Source of the DNA: a virus
Length of the DNA stretch: 64,000 nt
IMG/VR virus record: IMGVR_UViG_3300011116_000448
Coordinates: 3,346 to 67,345 of that record
Strand: one strand, 5' to 3'
Below the pieces are notes generated by a model. It was not told where the DNA came from. It ran no database searches and was given only the letters and a program-made list of their open reading frames with translations. Of the stretch, positions 1 to 9,584 are shown one piece after another; position 1 is the stretch's first letter, and every line of letters begins with the position of its first letter. A program made the translations under genes and the position numbers.

Positions 1-28
1 GAGCTAAAGCCTGCCATGGGGTTTAATA

Positions 29-469
29 TTGTTGGGACAATGTCCCCCGAAGAGGAAGAACTACCCCTTGAAGAAGAAGATTCGAAAGCTCAAAAAAATA
101 CGCTTTAGAAGCGGGGCCGAGGAAAAATTTGCTTCGTATCTTCGTGACAAGAAAGTGTTCTTCTACTACGAACCCAAGAAGTTTAGCTATGACATCGTAG
201 AGGTCAGGACGTACACCCCTGATTTCTACATACCTGAGAAAGACATCTTTTTTGAAGTCAAAGGGTTCTTTTCCCCTGCAGATCGAAAGAAGATGCTATT
301 AGTAAAAAAGTCTAACCCCGATCTTGACGTGCGAATGATTTTCATGTCTAATAATAGGATCAACAAAACTAGTAAGACTAGATATTCCGATTGGTGTGAG
401 AAGCATGGCATTAAATTTCACTGTGGTTTGAACCTTCCCAAAGAGTGGATGGACGAGATTTCTACTTGA
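29..469 (+). CDS. T7 gp3-like endonuclease I (Holliday junction resolvase)
   Basis: FRSGAEEK...YE...YTPDF...EVKG...DRKKMLLVK...R(M)IF...KTRYSDWCEKHG matches the T7 endonuclease I family; true start uncertain. Confidence 0.9.
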   Translation: MLGQCPPKRKNYPLKKKIRKLKKIRFRSGAEEKFASYLRDKKVFFYYEPKKFSYDIVEVRTYTPDFYIPEKDIFFEVKGFFSPADRKKMLLVKKSNPDLDVRMIFMSNNRINKTSKTRYSDWCEKHGIKFHCGLNLPKEWMDEIST

Positions 470-822
470 GTAATAAAGAGCAAAAGGCACTAGTTCGACG
501 TAAATCTACAAAGCTTCGCAAGATTTTGCACAGTGGCTACTTCGTCAACCTGCCTGTTGTCTTTGCCAATACTCAAGTAGAGGGTCAAGTAAGACTGTGG
601 CGTGGAGTGCTTGACCAGCACCTAAAAGACCTTATCACCCATCACTTGATTGAAAAGAACTTTAACAACTACTACGACGCTATTCGATTCTTTCACGAAC
701 AAGAGTCGGAAAAAGGACAAGAATTTGCTTTAGCTTGCATTCCAAGTGAAAAGGTAACGCAAGTGTTCAATGGAATTGAAAATGTTTGTAGGCAATTGCG
801 AGAAAAAGGCGTAAAACTGTAA
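445..822 (+). CDS. hypothetical phage protein
   Basis: 125-aa ORF overlapping the endonuclease stop; operon-like packing. Confidence 0.6.
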   Translation: MDGRDFYLSNKEQKALVRRKSTKLRKILHSGYFVNLPVVFANTQVEGQVRLWRGVLDQHLKDLITHHLIEKNFNNYYDAIRFFHEQESEKGQEFALACIPSEKVTQVFNGIENVCRQLREKGVKL

Positions 823-826
823 CACC

Positions 827-1027
827 ATGACCGATTATCTTGGAGATATTAAGAATGCCCATGCCTTGATCGAACGTATCAAGGACTACTACCGTTCACA
901 ACGTATTCCGCTTAATGGCGTTAAATTTGTGGTTGAGAAAGAAATGGACCAGTGGGGTACTCGCATCTACTCTATTCGGTCAAATCTGGTCCACGACGTA
1001 AAGGCTGGCGTCCTCCGAGTCAAATAA
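827..1027 (+). CDS. hypothetical phage protein
   Basis: 66-aa ATG ORF filling the gap before nrdJ. Confidence 0.6.
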   Translation: MTDYLGDIKNAHALIERIKDYYRSQRIPLNGVKFVVEKEMDQWGTRIYSIRSNLVHDVKAGVLRVK

Positions 1028-1030
1028 CTC

Positions 1031-1043
1031 GGCGTGTTATACT
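1031..1043 (+). promoter_or_regulatory. putative extended -10 promoter GGCGTGTTATACT upstream of nrdJ
   Basis: TGn-TATACT about 50 bp before the ATG; similar GGCGTG-TATAAT motifs at 37097(-) and 62749(-). Confidence 0.5.
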
Positions 1044-1094
1044 GATCTTTCCTACTAAAAACACCCTTTGCACACATAACGGAGTAACGCCCGA

Positions 1095-2816
1095 ATGACC
1101 TCTTTTGGCCCAAAACTTAAGATTGCCCAGCAGCTTCACAGCGAAAAGTACAGGCTCCCCAATGAAACCTTTGAAGATTCAATGCTCCGAGTTGCTTCCG
1201 CCCTTAGCGACTCCAGCCAACATGAAACCTCACTTCGTGACATACTCCTTAACCAGCGATTCCTACCTGCAGGCCGTATCCAGACAGGCGCAGGAAGCGG
1301 TCGAGAAGTCACCCTCTACAACTGCTTTGTCAGCGGTACCATCCACGACAATTTCACAGGAACCGACGGCATCATGCAGCGAGCTACCGAAGCAGCCGAG
1401 ACCATGCGACGAGGCGGTGGTGTGGGCTATAATTTTGGCTCCATTCGTCCTTCTGGCGACCGTATCACTACCCTTGGTAGTATTGCCAGTGGTCCTATTA
1501 GCTTCATGCATATCTTTGATTCGGTATGCAAGACAGTAAGCTCTGCGGGGCACCGTAGGGGTGCACAGATGGGTATTCTTCCTGTGGACCACCCTGACAT
1601 CTTTGACTTCGTGCGTGCCAAGCAGAATACCCATGCCCTTACAGCTTTCAACATTTCGGTAGGTATTACCGATGAGTTCATGAATGCGCTGGTCAACAAG
1701 CAGCCGTTTGATCTTAAGTTCAAGGGTAAGAAGTACTCCTCGGTAGACCCCAATGACCTTTGGGACGAAATCATGATGAGCACTTGGGACTACGCAGAAC
1801 CGGGTGTGATCTTCCTTGACCGTATTAACGAATACAACAACCTGTGGTATTGCGAGCACATTGACGCTACCAATCCTTGCAGCGAGCAGCCTTTGCCGCC
1901 CAATGGGGCTTGTTTGCTTGGTTCGTTCAATCTGGTTAAGTACATCAAGTACGACCGGGAGACTTTCCAGCAGTTCTTTGACTACGCCCTGTTCATCAGG
2001 GACATCCGTGAGGTCGTCAGGGGCATGGACAACGTCGTAGACATCTCCCTGTACCCACTGGAGGCCCAGAAGGAAGAGGCCCTCAGCAAGCGTCGTATGG
2101 GCCTTGGCGTGACGGGATTTGCCAATGCCAGTGAAATCCTTGGGTACCCCTATGGAACCAAGGCCTCCAAGGACTTCCTTGACGCTGTCCTGCGTACCTT
2201 AAGGGATATGTCCTATCACACGTCCGTCCTGCTGGCTAAGGAAAAGGGTGCTTTCCCCTTGTTTGACAAGGAAAAGTACATGATGGGTAAGTACATCAAG
2301 ACCCTGCCCCTTGACATTCAGGCAGACATCCATAAGTATGGGATCAGGAATTCCCACCTGATTTCAATTGCACCAACTGGGACTATCTCCATTTGTGCAG
2401 ATAATGTGTCCAGTGGTATTGAACCCGTGTTTTCTTATGGCTACGACCGTAAGATCCGTACAGCCAAAGGAGAGATTACAGAGTATTTCTCCGACTACGC
2501 AGTCAGAGAATATGGAGTAAAGGGCCGTACTGCCGACCAGTTGAGCGCTAAAGAGCACCTTAGCGTTCTTTTGAAGACACAGGAGTTTGTGGACAGTGCA
2601 GTCAGTAAGACGTGTAATGTGTCGCCCGACATGCCTTGGAATGACTTCAAGGACTTGTATCTTGAAGCTTGGAAAGGTGGCGCTAAAGGACTTAGTACGT
2701 TTAACGTAGGCGGAAAGCGAATGGGTATCCTTACAGCCAAGGAAGAAAAAAAGGATGACGAGGAACCAATCGCTTGTTATGTGAACCCCGAAACAGGGGA
2801 GAGGAGTTGTGGTTGA
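1095..2816 (+). CDS. nrdJ: class II (adenosylcobalamin-dependent) ribonucleotide reductase
   Basis: RFLPAGR, NCFV, RRGAQM, EPGVIF, TNPCSEQPL, CLLGS, IAPTGTIS and SSGIEP motifs; C-terminal C..C pair; no NrdB nearby; GGAG SD. Confidence 0.93.
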   Translation: MTSFGPKLKIAQQLHSEKYRLPNETFEDSMLRVASALSDSSQHETSLRDILLNQRFLPAGRIQTGAGSGREVTLYNCFVSGTIHDNFTGTDGIMQRATEAAETMRRGGGVGYNFGSIRPSGDRITTLGSIASGPISFMHIFDSVCKTVSSAGHRRGAQMGILPVDHPDIFDFVRAKQNTHALTAFNISVGITDEFMNALVNKQPFDLKFKGKKYSSVDPNDLWDEIMMSTWDYAEPGVIFLDRINEYNNLWYCEHIDATNPCSEQPLPPNGACLLGSFNLVKYIKYDRETFQQFFDYALFIRDIREVVRGMDNVVDISLYPLEAQKEEALSKRRMGLGVTGFANASEILGYPYGTKASKDFLDAVLRTLRDMSYHTSVLLAKEKGAFPLFDKEKYMMGKYIKTLPLDIQADIHKYGIRNSHLISIAPTGTISICADNVSSGIEPVFSYGYDRKIRTAKGEITEYFSDYAVREYGVKGRTADQLSAKEHLSVLLKTQEFVDSAVSKTCNVSPDMPWNDFKDLYLEAWKGGAKGLSTFNVGGKRMGILTAKEEKKDDEEPIACYVNPETGERSCG

Positions 2817-3034
2817 AGACTGCTACACAGTGGAATAACTTCATTACTAACTCGTGGGTCAAGGATGCTCGTCGTTTGACCCACGAGCTAGCTTCAATTA
2901 CCAGACTATTTCAAAATAAACCTTTACTTACAGAAGCACAGCTAGTAGAATGTTCCATTCAATTGGAAACCCTCCGGGAACAATTGCATACAATCGAAGA
3001 AAACCTGAATATCATCCAGACCCGGGAGTATTAA
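2774..3034 (+). CDS. hypothetical coiled-coil protein
   Basis: ORF between nrdJ and DUF3310; the real start is probably near 2810-2813 after GAGGAG. Confidence 0.45.
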   Translation: MLCEPRNRGEELWLKTATQWNNFITNSWVKDARRLTHELASITRLFQNKPLLTEAQLVECSIQLETLREQLHTIEENLNIIQTREY

Positions 3035-3043
3035 ACCCCTTAC

Positions 3044-3394
3044 ATGTCCAATAAGAAAAGTTCAATGAAGGTCCAGATCGGTGGCACCCACTACTCGGAA
3101 TTTGCCATCCAGCCAACTGATTACATTGTCAAAAACAAACTGGATTGGTACGAAGCCAACATGGTCAAGTACACGTCCAGACACAAGCTCAAGGGAGGCG
3201 CAATCGACGTTAAGAAAGTTATTCATTACGCCCAGATGCTTCTTGAGGAAACTTACGGTATTGTATCTACCGTCAAGTACTCAGACGAAGGTGAAACTCC
3301 TAGCGTACTGAAAAAGAAACGTCGCAAGCGTAAGGCGACTGTTACCCCGCTGGGTACGACTACTGAGGAACCCACTGATGCACAGACCAATTAA
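3044..3394 (+). CDS. DUF3310 / T7 gp1.7-like nucleotide kinase domain protein
   Basis: QIGGTHY...IQP.DYI...N..KY..R...KGG..D.KK..HY signature; basic KKKRRKRK tail. Confidence 0.85.
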   Translation: MSNKKSSMKVQIGGTHYSEFAIQPTDYIVKNKLDWYEANMVKYTSRHKLKGGAIDVKKVIHYAQMLLEETYGIVSTVKYSDEGETPSVLKKKRRKRKATVTPLGTTTEEPTDAQTN

Positions 3395-4163
3395 CGTATT
3401 TATTGGCTACGATGAACGTCAGGATTTGGCCTATCGTGTCTGTAAGCTTTCACTAGAGCGAGCAGCACACCCTGAAGACAAGTTGCGTATCATGCCCCTT
3501 GGACACAGGGTATTGCGCGAGGTTGGTCTGTTTAATCGTCAGTGGCGCACTATTGGTGACGGTACTCGCATTGATGACCTTGACCAGCGTCCATTCAGTA
3601 CCGATTTTGCCTTTACTCGCTTTTTAACACCCCACTACGCACGCTTCCTTGGTCTCAACGCCAGCGAACCTTGCGTTTTTGTTGACTCTGATTTTGTCTT
3701 TAATCGGGCTATTCATGAAATCCTTGATGAGGTAGACCTGAATAAACCTGTCAGTGTTGTTAAGCACAATTACAATCCAGCTAACATTGTCAAGATGGAC
3801 AACCAAGTGCAGATGACCTACAATAAAAAGCTGTGGTCTTCCTTTATGGTGTTTAACCCAAGCTTGTCTAATTGTGCACCTTCGGTGGAAGACGTTAATA
3901 CTAAAGACGGCTCATTCCTTCATCAGTTTAAGTGGCTTGCCAACGACGGTCTGATTGGCAGTCTGTATGAAGGCTGGAACTTTATTCCAGATCATTCAGA
4001 ACCTCGTGTACCATTCCATGAACTTCGCGCTATTCATTACACAGAAGGTGTCCCTCTGGTAAAGCCACGGTGTAAGTACAGCGCTATGTTTACCCACATT
4101 CTTAGTGACTTCCTTCGGGAAGCCGCACGCAACCCAGAGGAAGAGCTTTCTAATGCGCGTTAA
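3378..4163 (+). CDS. GT-A fold glycosyltransferase (GT8/CDI-like)
   Basis: VFIGYD, STDFAFTRF, VFVDSDF (DxD), VVKHNY, KMD..Q..Y.KK.WSS, HYTEG motifs. Confidence 0.88.
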   Translation: MHRPINVFIGYDERQDLAYRVCKLSLERAAHPEDKLRIMPLGHRVLREVGLFNRQWRTIGDGTRIDDLDQRPFSTDFAFTRFLTPHYARFLGLNASEPCVFVDSDFVFNRAIHEILDEVDLNKPVSVVKHNYNPANIVKMDNQVQMTYNKKLWSSFMVFNPSLSNCAPSVEDVNTKDGSFLHQFKWLANDGLIGSLYEGWNFIPDHSEPRVPFHELRAIHYTEGVPLVKPRCKYSAMFTHILSDFLREAARNPEEELSNAR

Positions 4164-4929
4164 ATTTGTTACGTCCTTGAACGAAGAACTGTGGAATAAG
4201 TACGCCAAAACAACCGTAGACTCATGGGTTGATTTCATCAAGGCCGATGAGGGTAGTATTATTGAATGTTGGATTCTGGGGGCTTTCCCCCGGAACCTTC
4301 CCACCCACACAAAGAGTGGTATTCCTTTTGTCTACAAGATGATTGAGACGCAGTCCTCTGCTTGGGCTAACTTCTTTATGCAGTACAAGGAGCACCCTAA
4401 GCCTCGTACAGAGCCTCACAACGCCTACAAGTTTAACTTTGTACCGTTTTCAATCAAGGTATTTGCTCTTGCCGAGGCCTCTTTTAGTATTAAGGAAGGC
4501 GGAGAAAAGTTTGACTACGTGTGCTGGCTTGATGCTGACGTAAAACTTACCAACTACGTCAACACAAGCTTCCTTAAGGAACTTATTGGTAACAAGAGTC
4601 TTGCTTGGCTTGATCGTGGACCACCTTGGGGTCACGGAGAAACAGGGTTTATTCTTTGTACTACTTCCGGAGATGCCCTTGACATTTTTCTTCAACAGGC
4701 TAATCTATATGGGGCTGGTCAGCTTTTTTACTTTGCTGAATGGCACGATGCCTTTATCTTTACGTCACTTATCCGTCTGAAGACCTTTATGGAGTTTCCT
4801 GATTTCCAAGTCCAGAACCTTAATTTGGATATGGGTTCAAAACATAAAGACGGACTGTACCCTTTTGAAACCAGCCCGCTGAACAGTCACATGATTCACT
4901 ACAAGGGTAATACTAAAGAAAAAGTATGA
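4153..4929 (+). CDS. GT-A fold glycosyltransferase
   Basis: F..KVFAL, CWLDADV (DxD), ETGF, EWHDAFIF and C-terminal HYKG; ATG overlaps the upstream gene. Confidence 0.8.
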   Translation: MRVKFVTSLNEELWNKYAKTTVDSWVDFIKADEGSIIECWILGAFPRNLPTHTKSGIPFVYKMIETQSSAWANFFMQYKEHPKPRTEPHNAYKFNFVPFSIKVFALAEASFSIKEGGEKFDYVCWLDADVKLTNYVNTSFLKELIGNKSLAWLDRGPPWGHGETGFILCTTSGDALDIFLQQANLYGAGQLFYFAEWHDAFIFTSLIRLKTFMEFPDFQVQNLNLDMGSKHKDGLYPFETSPLNSHMIHYKGNTKEKV

Positions 4930-5642
4930 AGACCATTATGGTATCTGGTGGATTTGACCCCATTCACATGGGTCACGTCAACCTGTTTAGGAACGCAAGT
5001 AAACATGGAAAACTCATTGTTGCACTCAATTCAGATGATTGGCTCATCCGTAAGAAAGGCTTTTGCTTTCAGTCTTGGGAGGAGCGAAAAGGGATTATCG
5101 AAGCTCTTAAATTCGTTGAGCGTGTGGTCCCCGTTGACGACACAGACGGAACTGTCTGTACTGCCCTTCGAGACCTTAAGCCTGACTTCTTCGGAAATGG
5201 TGGAGATAGAAAATCAGACAATACACCTGAAGTCGGCTTGTGTAACGAGTTGGGCATCGGGAACATTTGGAATCTTGGGGAGCCCAGTACAGACCTACTA
5301 CACTCGTCACACATCTTACGCCAGCGTCGTGTCAGACGTGACTGGGGCACCTACGAAGTAATTGCTTCGGGGCCTTGGTACCAAGTAAAGCGGCTTGTTG
5401 TAGACCCCGGTGGCAAGACTTCTATTCAGTACCACAAGCTACGTGATGAGTACATCTTTGGTGACAATATGAAGGCTTGGATCAAGCCAAATCAAATTCA
5501 CCAGATTGCAAATGAACATCCTACCGAACCCCTAGAATTAATTGAAATTCAGTTGGGTGATGTACGAGAAGATGATATTGTACGCCTCAGTAACGAACAT
5601 CGTCCACTTCTAAAGCATCGTATTAGGAACTCTGTGAAGTGA
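4926..5642 (+). CDS. cytidylyltransferase (HxGH family) fused to a type II mannose-6-P isomerase-like cupin
   Basis: SGGFDPIHMGH, VALNSD.WL.RKKG, GNGGDR...NTPE; C-terminal RDWG.Y...VKRL.V.PG..SIQYH..R.E...IEIQ.G...EDDIVR. Confidence 0.88.
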   Translation: MKTIMVSGGFDPIHMGHVNLFRNASKHGKLIVALNSDDWLIRKKGFCFQSWEERKGIIEALKFVERVVPVDDTDGTVCTALRDLKPDFFGNGGDRKSDNTPEVGLCNELGIGNIWNLGEPSTDLLHSSHILRQRRVRRDWGTYEVIASGPWYQVKRLVVDPGGKTSIQYHKLRDEYIFGDNMKAWIKPNQIHQIANEHPTEPLELIEIQLGDVREDDIVRLSNEHRPLLKHRIRNSVK

Positions 5643-6217
5643 CTACATTAATCTCTGACAATATGAAATATTTGAATGAAGAGCTGCACACACGTATGCA
5701 AAAGTACGGAACATCAGCTTATAAAAATCTGGATAAAATTATTCCCCCTTTTATTCAGAAGTACAGTATCAAGGAGATACTTGACTACGGTTGTGGAAAG
5801 GGTACTCTACGGGCTGCTCTTGTGCAGATGCGAGCACCTATTAAGGTTGTCAACTATGACCCTTGTATGCCTGAGTTTAGTGTACGGCCAGAGGGTACTT
5901 TTCAAAGCGTCCTTTGCAATGATGTTTTGGAACATGTAGAGCCAGAGTTTCTAGACAATGTCCTTCAAGATATTCTTAACTACGGTAAAGACTATTATTA
6001 CCTGAGCATTGGGCTTACTGAAAGCAAAAAGAAGTTGGCAAACGGACAGCAAAACCATCTGATTGTAGAAAACTCTGAATGGTGGAAAATGCGGCTTGTC
6101 AATAACGGCTTTAGAATTCTCGAAACTTTGGAAGACGAAAGTAATCCAAGTCATCCTGAACAAAGACTTTACATTGTAATTTGCAAGAAAGAAGAAGATA
6201 CAAATTATGGCAATTAA
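5639..6217 (+). CDS. class I SAM-dependent methyltransferase
   Basis: ILDYGCGKG motif I, YDP, DVLEHVEP; GTG start overlapping the upstream stop. Confidence 0.88.
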   Translation: MTTLISDNMKYLNEELHTRMQKYGTSAYKNLDKIIPPFIQKYSIKEILDYGCGKGTLRAALVQMRAPIKVVNYDPCMPEFSVRPEGTFQSVLCNDVLEHVEPEFLDNVLQDILNYGKDYYYLSIGLTESKKKLANGQQNHLIVENSEWWKMRLVNNGFRILETLEDESNPSHPEQRLYIVICKKEEDTNYGN

Positions 6218-6920
6218 GTTGACTATGCAGTCTAATATGAACAGCGGGGAAACCGCTGAACGAATTCTTGACAACGAAATTGATTGGGATTTTGCAGGTA
6301 AGTTCAATCCCGGTCTTGTCAAGCAGGCGCAGAATCTCTGGGAGTTTGACCAGTGGATTTCTTGGATCAAGGCAAACTGGGATTTTCCAATGAATCGACC
6401 GTTCAACTACCTTGAAATTGGATCTTACGCAGGAGAATCTTTGTACTACCTGAGTCAAGTGTTTCCGAGGGGTTCCGTCATCACGCTGGTTGACCTTGGT
6501 GACAATGAAGTTGCACGAGGTATCCTCAAGCGCGTCATTCCTCACATTGAAGAAAAGTATGGTCACAAGATCAATCTGCTTAGTGGTTTTTCGGACGACA
6601 AGCAGATCATTCATCAGGCCAAAGCTTACCCACAGGGCCAGAAAAAGTACGACATGTTGTTCATTGATGCCAATCATGATTTCAAGTGGGCATACAAGGA
6701 CTTTATCAACTATCGTGACCTTGCAAATGTGATTGCCTTTCACGACATCAGTGATTTCAATATCATCAAGACGGTAATCAAGTACAAGTACGAGATTGCC
6801 AATGCAGCACACTTGTGGAAGTCAATTACTTCTGTGCTCCCTGCGTATTGCTGGACACAGTTTGTAGATCAGAATATGGACCTAAAGCCGCGTGGTATCG
6901 GAGTTGTTCAACTGCCATGA
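6207..6920 (+). CDS. class I SAM-dependent methyltransferase (Methyltransf_24-like)
   Basis: YLEIGSYAGES, YDMLFIDANH, IAFHDI, GIGVV motifs. Confidence 0.85.
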   Translation: MAIKLTMQSNMNSGETAERILDNEIDWDFAGKFNPGLVKQAQNLWEFDQWISWIKANWDFPMNRPFNYLEIGSYAGESLYYLSQVFPRGSVITLVDLGDNEVARGILKRVIPHIEEKYGHKINLLSGFSDDKQIIHQAKAYPQGQKKYDMLFIDANHDFKWAYKDFINYRDLANVIAFHDISDFNIIKTVIKYKYEIANAAHLWKSITSVLPAYCWTQFVDQNMDLKPRGIGVVQLP

Positions 6921-7651
6921 TTAATATCTGCACCTTCTTTTGGGATGATCCGAATGCAAAGCACACCAACAACTACGCCTTTACCTCTAAACACGTTAAC
7001 CGACTCGGTCGTGCCCTACGAGAAAATCTTACGATCCCTTATGAATACACAGTTATTACTGAGGATCCCGGCGGCATTGACGTTGGCCTCGCCCGTGTGG
7101 TTCCTCTTTGGAACGAGTTCAGGGATCTTGGTAGGTGTTTTGTTCGTTTGCCTTTTTATTCTGAGTCTGTGCGGTCTGTTCTTGGTGACCGTATTGCAAA
7201 CATTGACCTCGATGTTGCTATTATTGGAAACGTCGATCACATCTTTGGAAGAAAAGAGCCTTTTGTAGGGTATAAGGATACCAAGAACCCCCGTTGCTAC
7301 TCAGGTGCCTTCTACATGATGGATACAGGAGCCAAGGCTCAGGTGTACAACTCGTTCAAGCGCATGTATCACATGATCCCTAGCGACGTACGTCAGCAGG
7401 TCTTTAAAACTGAATACAACAAGCTTAGTCCTTTTGTTGGCTCCGATCAGTCGTGGCAGACAGAAGTCCTTGGTGTAGGTCTTCCAAAGATTACTCAGGA
7501 AGATGGTGTTTGGGACTACTGGTCAATTGAACATCTACCAGAGCCTCCAGCTAACGCTAGGATCGTCTTTGTCAATGGAATGACCCGGGACGTTAGTATG
7601 CCTTCGTTCCATGCCAAGCATCCTTGGATGGATAAGTATTGGAATAGTTGA
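6917..7651 (+). CDS. GT-A fold glycosyltransferase
   Basis: V.RL...L.ENL, IDLDVAIIGNVD (DxD), GSDQSW, ARIVF motifs; ATGA overlap with the upstream gene. Confidence 0.8.
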   Translation: MINICTFFWDDPNAKHTNNYAFTSKHVNRLGRALRENLTIPYEYTVITEDPGGIDVGLARVVPLWNEFRDLGRCFVRLPFYSESVRSVLGDRIANIDLDVAIIGNVDHIFGRKEPFVGYKDTKNPRCYSGAFYMMDTGAKAQVYNSFKRMYHMIPSDVRQQVFKTEYNKLSPFVGSDQSWQTEVLGVGLPKITQEDGVWDYWSIEHLPEPPANARIVFVNGMTRDVSMPSFHAKHPWMDKYWNS

Positions 7652-7652
7652 T

Positions 7653-8594
7653 ATGAGACAGCCAAGCGGACTAGTTAAGAATGCTTCAGACGGTATGGGT
7701 ATCAAGGTAACTCCTAGGGACTCAGTGCCGACTGAAGAAATCGTCAAGAACGCCGTAGAGAATATGGACTTGATGCCCAAGGACTGCTTTGTAACCAAGT
7801 CAAAGATCAATGACGACACAGCTTGGATTGCCAGTGCAGGACCTTCCCTTGAACGTAATTTGCGTCTTGGCTATTTGAAGCCGGAGTGGTTTGCCGATGG
7901 ACAACCTAATAGACTCTTCACAGTTAAACATGCTCTACCAACGTTGGCTAAGTACGGGCTGCGACCACACTTTTGCGTTGTGTTGGACCCTCGACCCATC
8001 CAAGGGGTTAGTACTCACGGACATATCCGAGAAACTCTTTACTCCAAAGCCCCTAAGTCCACCAAGTTCCTTGTAGCGTCCATGACGCATCCAAGCGTCA
8101 CCAAGTGGCTCATTCGTAACGGCTACGAGGTGTTTGGGTGGCACAGTGCAGCCAACGGTCTGGTTCCTACCAAAGACAAGCCAAGCCCACTAAAGGACGT
8201 AAATGCCTTTGTACAGGGCGGTACGTGCAGTGCTACGCGTACTATTTCTCTTTCTCACTTTCTTGGCTTTCGCAAGGCCAATCTTATTGGATTTGACTCT
8301 TCACTTGCAGGTGATCCGATCAATCCAAATGAGACAGACACAATTGATGGCGCACCCGTCAAAAAGTACTGGAAGACTGCTGTAGGCGGTTCACGAGAGT
8401 TTTGGACTACGGGTGAGCTTATTGCCCAGCTTCAGGACTTGGAGATGTTCTTCACTGATCCAATTGCCGATGTGGAACTCAGCATGATTGGTACCGATAA
8501 AGATGACTCTCTTGCTGGAGCATTGATGGAGACAATCCCAAACAAGACCAAGTTGAACTCTTACAAGAGTATTTTTGGACCGTGGAAAGCATGA
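7653..8594 (+). CDS. Maf/DUF115 (MptE-like) family putative glycosyltransferase
   Basis: IASAGPSL, P.F.VVLDPR, LVAS..HP, GG.CS..R...L..FLGFR...LIGFDS motifs typical of DUF115/motility-associated factor proteins. Confidence 0.75.
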   Translation: MRQPSGLVKNASDGMGIKVTPRDSVPTEEIVKNAVENMDLMPKDCFVTKSKINDDTAWIASAGPSLERNLRLGYLKPEWFADGQPNRLFTVKHALPTLAKYGLRPHFCVVLDPRPIQGVSTHGHIRETLYSKAPKSTKFLVASMTHPSVTKWLIRNGYEVFGWHSAANGLVPTKDKPSPLKDVNAFVQGGTCSATRTISLSHFLGFRKANLIGFDSSLAGDPINPNETDTIDGAPVKKYWKTAVGGSREFWTTGELIAQLQDLEMFFTDPIADVELSMIGTDKDDSLAGALMETIPNKTKLNSYKSIFGPWKA

Positions 8595-9340
8595 AGACTC
8601 ATCTCGTTATTGGAGATGCCCACTCAAATCCTAAGGTAGACAACCGAAGGTTTGATTGGCTTGGTAATTTTATTGAGGACAAACGTCCTGACGTAATCAT
8701 TGACATAGGAGATTGGGGTGACTTCGATTCCATCGGAAAATACAATAAAGGTACTGGAGACGCGTGGAACTCAACATATAAAGATGATCTTGAGTGCTAC
8801 CATGATGCATCGCGACGCGCTTTTGGACGAATTGCCCGCATTAGAGGATATAAACCACGTATCATCCGCATTGGTGGAAATCATGAAGAGGGACGAATTG
8901 ATTCTTTTGTTAAACAGAATCCTGAGTTCAAGGGCACAATATCAGTTCACGACTTACGAGTTTCGGATTTCGGAGGGAAATATACAGCATTTCGTGATGT
9001 CGCCGTCGTGGATGGGATTGCCTACAGCCACTACTTCTACGACAAGGACTCCAGATACTCCATAAGCACTGCTCGTGCTGTCCTTAACAAGAAGCATATG
9101 TCCTGTACTTGGGGTCATTCCCACATCAGAGATATGGCTGAAAGCGTCAGTGCAGACAAGCGTAGAGTTATTTCACTTAATGTGGGATGCTACCTTGACC
9201 CAGACCAGCAGATGGGTTACGCTGGTCCCCAAGGTAACGCTAGATGGTGGTCTGGTCTGGTACTGAAGCAAAACGTAAACAAGGGATCTTACGATCCTCA
9301 ATTTTTTGGCATTGATTACATAAAGAGGCACTATGCTTAA
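8591..9340 (+). CDS. calcineurin-like metallophosphoesterase
   Basis: GDAH, GDWGD, GNHE and GHSH motifs. Confidence 0.9.
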   Translation: MKTHLVIGDAHSNPKVDNRRFDWLGNFIEDKRPDVIIDIGDWGDFDSIGKYNKGTGDAWNSTYKDDLECYHDASRRAFGRIARIRGYKPRIIRIGGNHEEGRIDSFVKQNPEFKGTISVHDLRVSDFGGKYTAFRDVAVVDGIAYSHYFYDKDSRYSISTARAVLNKKHMSCTWGHSHIRDMAESVSADKRRVISLNVGCYLDPDQQMGYAGPQGNARWWSGLVLKQNVNKGSYDPQFFGIDYIKRHYA

Positions 9341-9584
9341 CATCGCTATGTTCACTAAGGCTGTCCTGATTGTTATTGTCTTTCACACTAACGGAGAGAC
9401 GGGTACGATGATGCGGCAGTTTGACACTATTGAAGAGTGCAGGGGTGCTGCTGACGAAGCCATGAAGGCTATGGCAACTATTGACGAGATTAAAGATGGT
9501 GTCGCTCTATGTACTACTCGCGTCAAGCTTTTGACAGACGACAACGGTAGGGAGCTTGGAATTGAAGCGTCACTTCACCGTTAA
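9333..9584 (+). CDS. hypothetical protein with hydrophobic N-terminus
   Basis: GAGG SD, overlap with the upstream stop, F.T.EEC...C pattern. Confidence 0.6.
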   Translation: MLNIAMFTKAVLIVIVFHTNGETGTMMRQFDTIEECRGAADEAMKAMATIDEIKDGVALCTTRVKLLTDDNGRELGIEASLHR

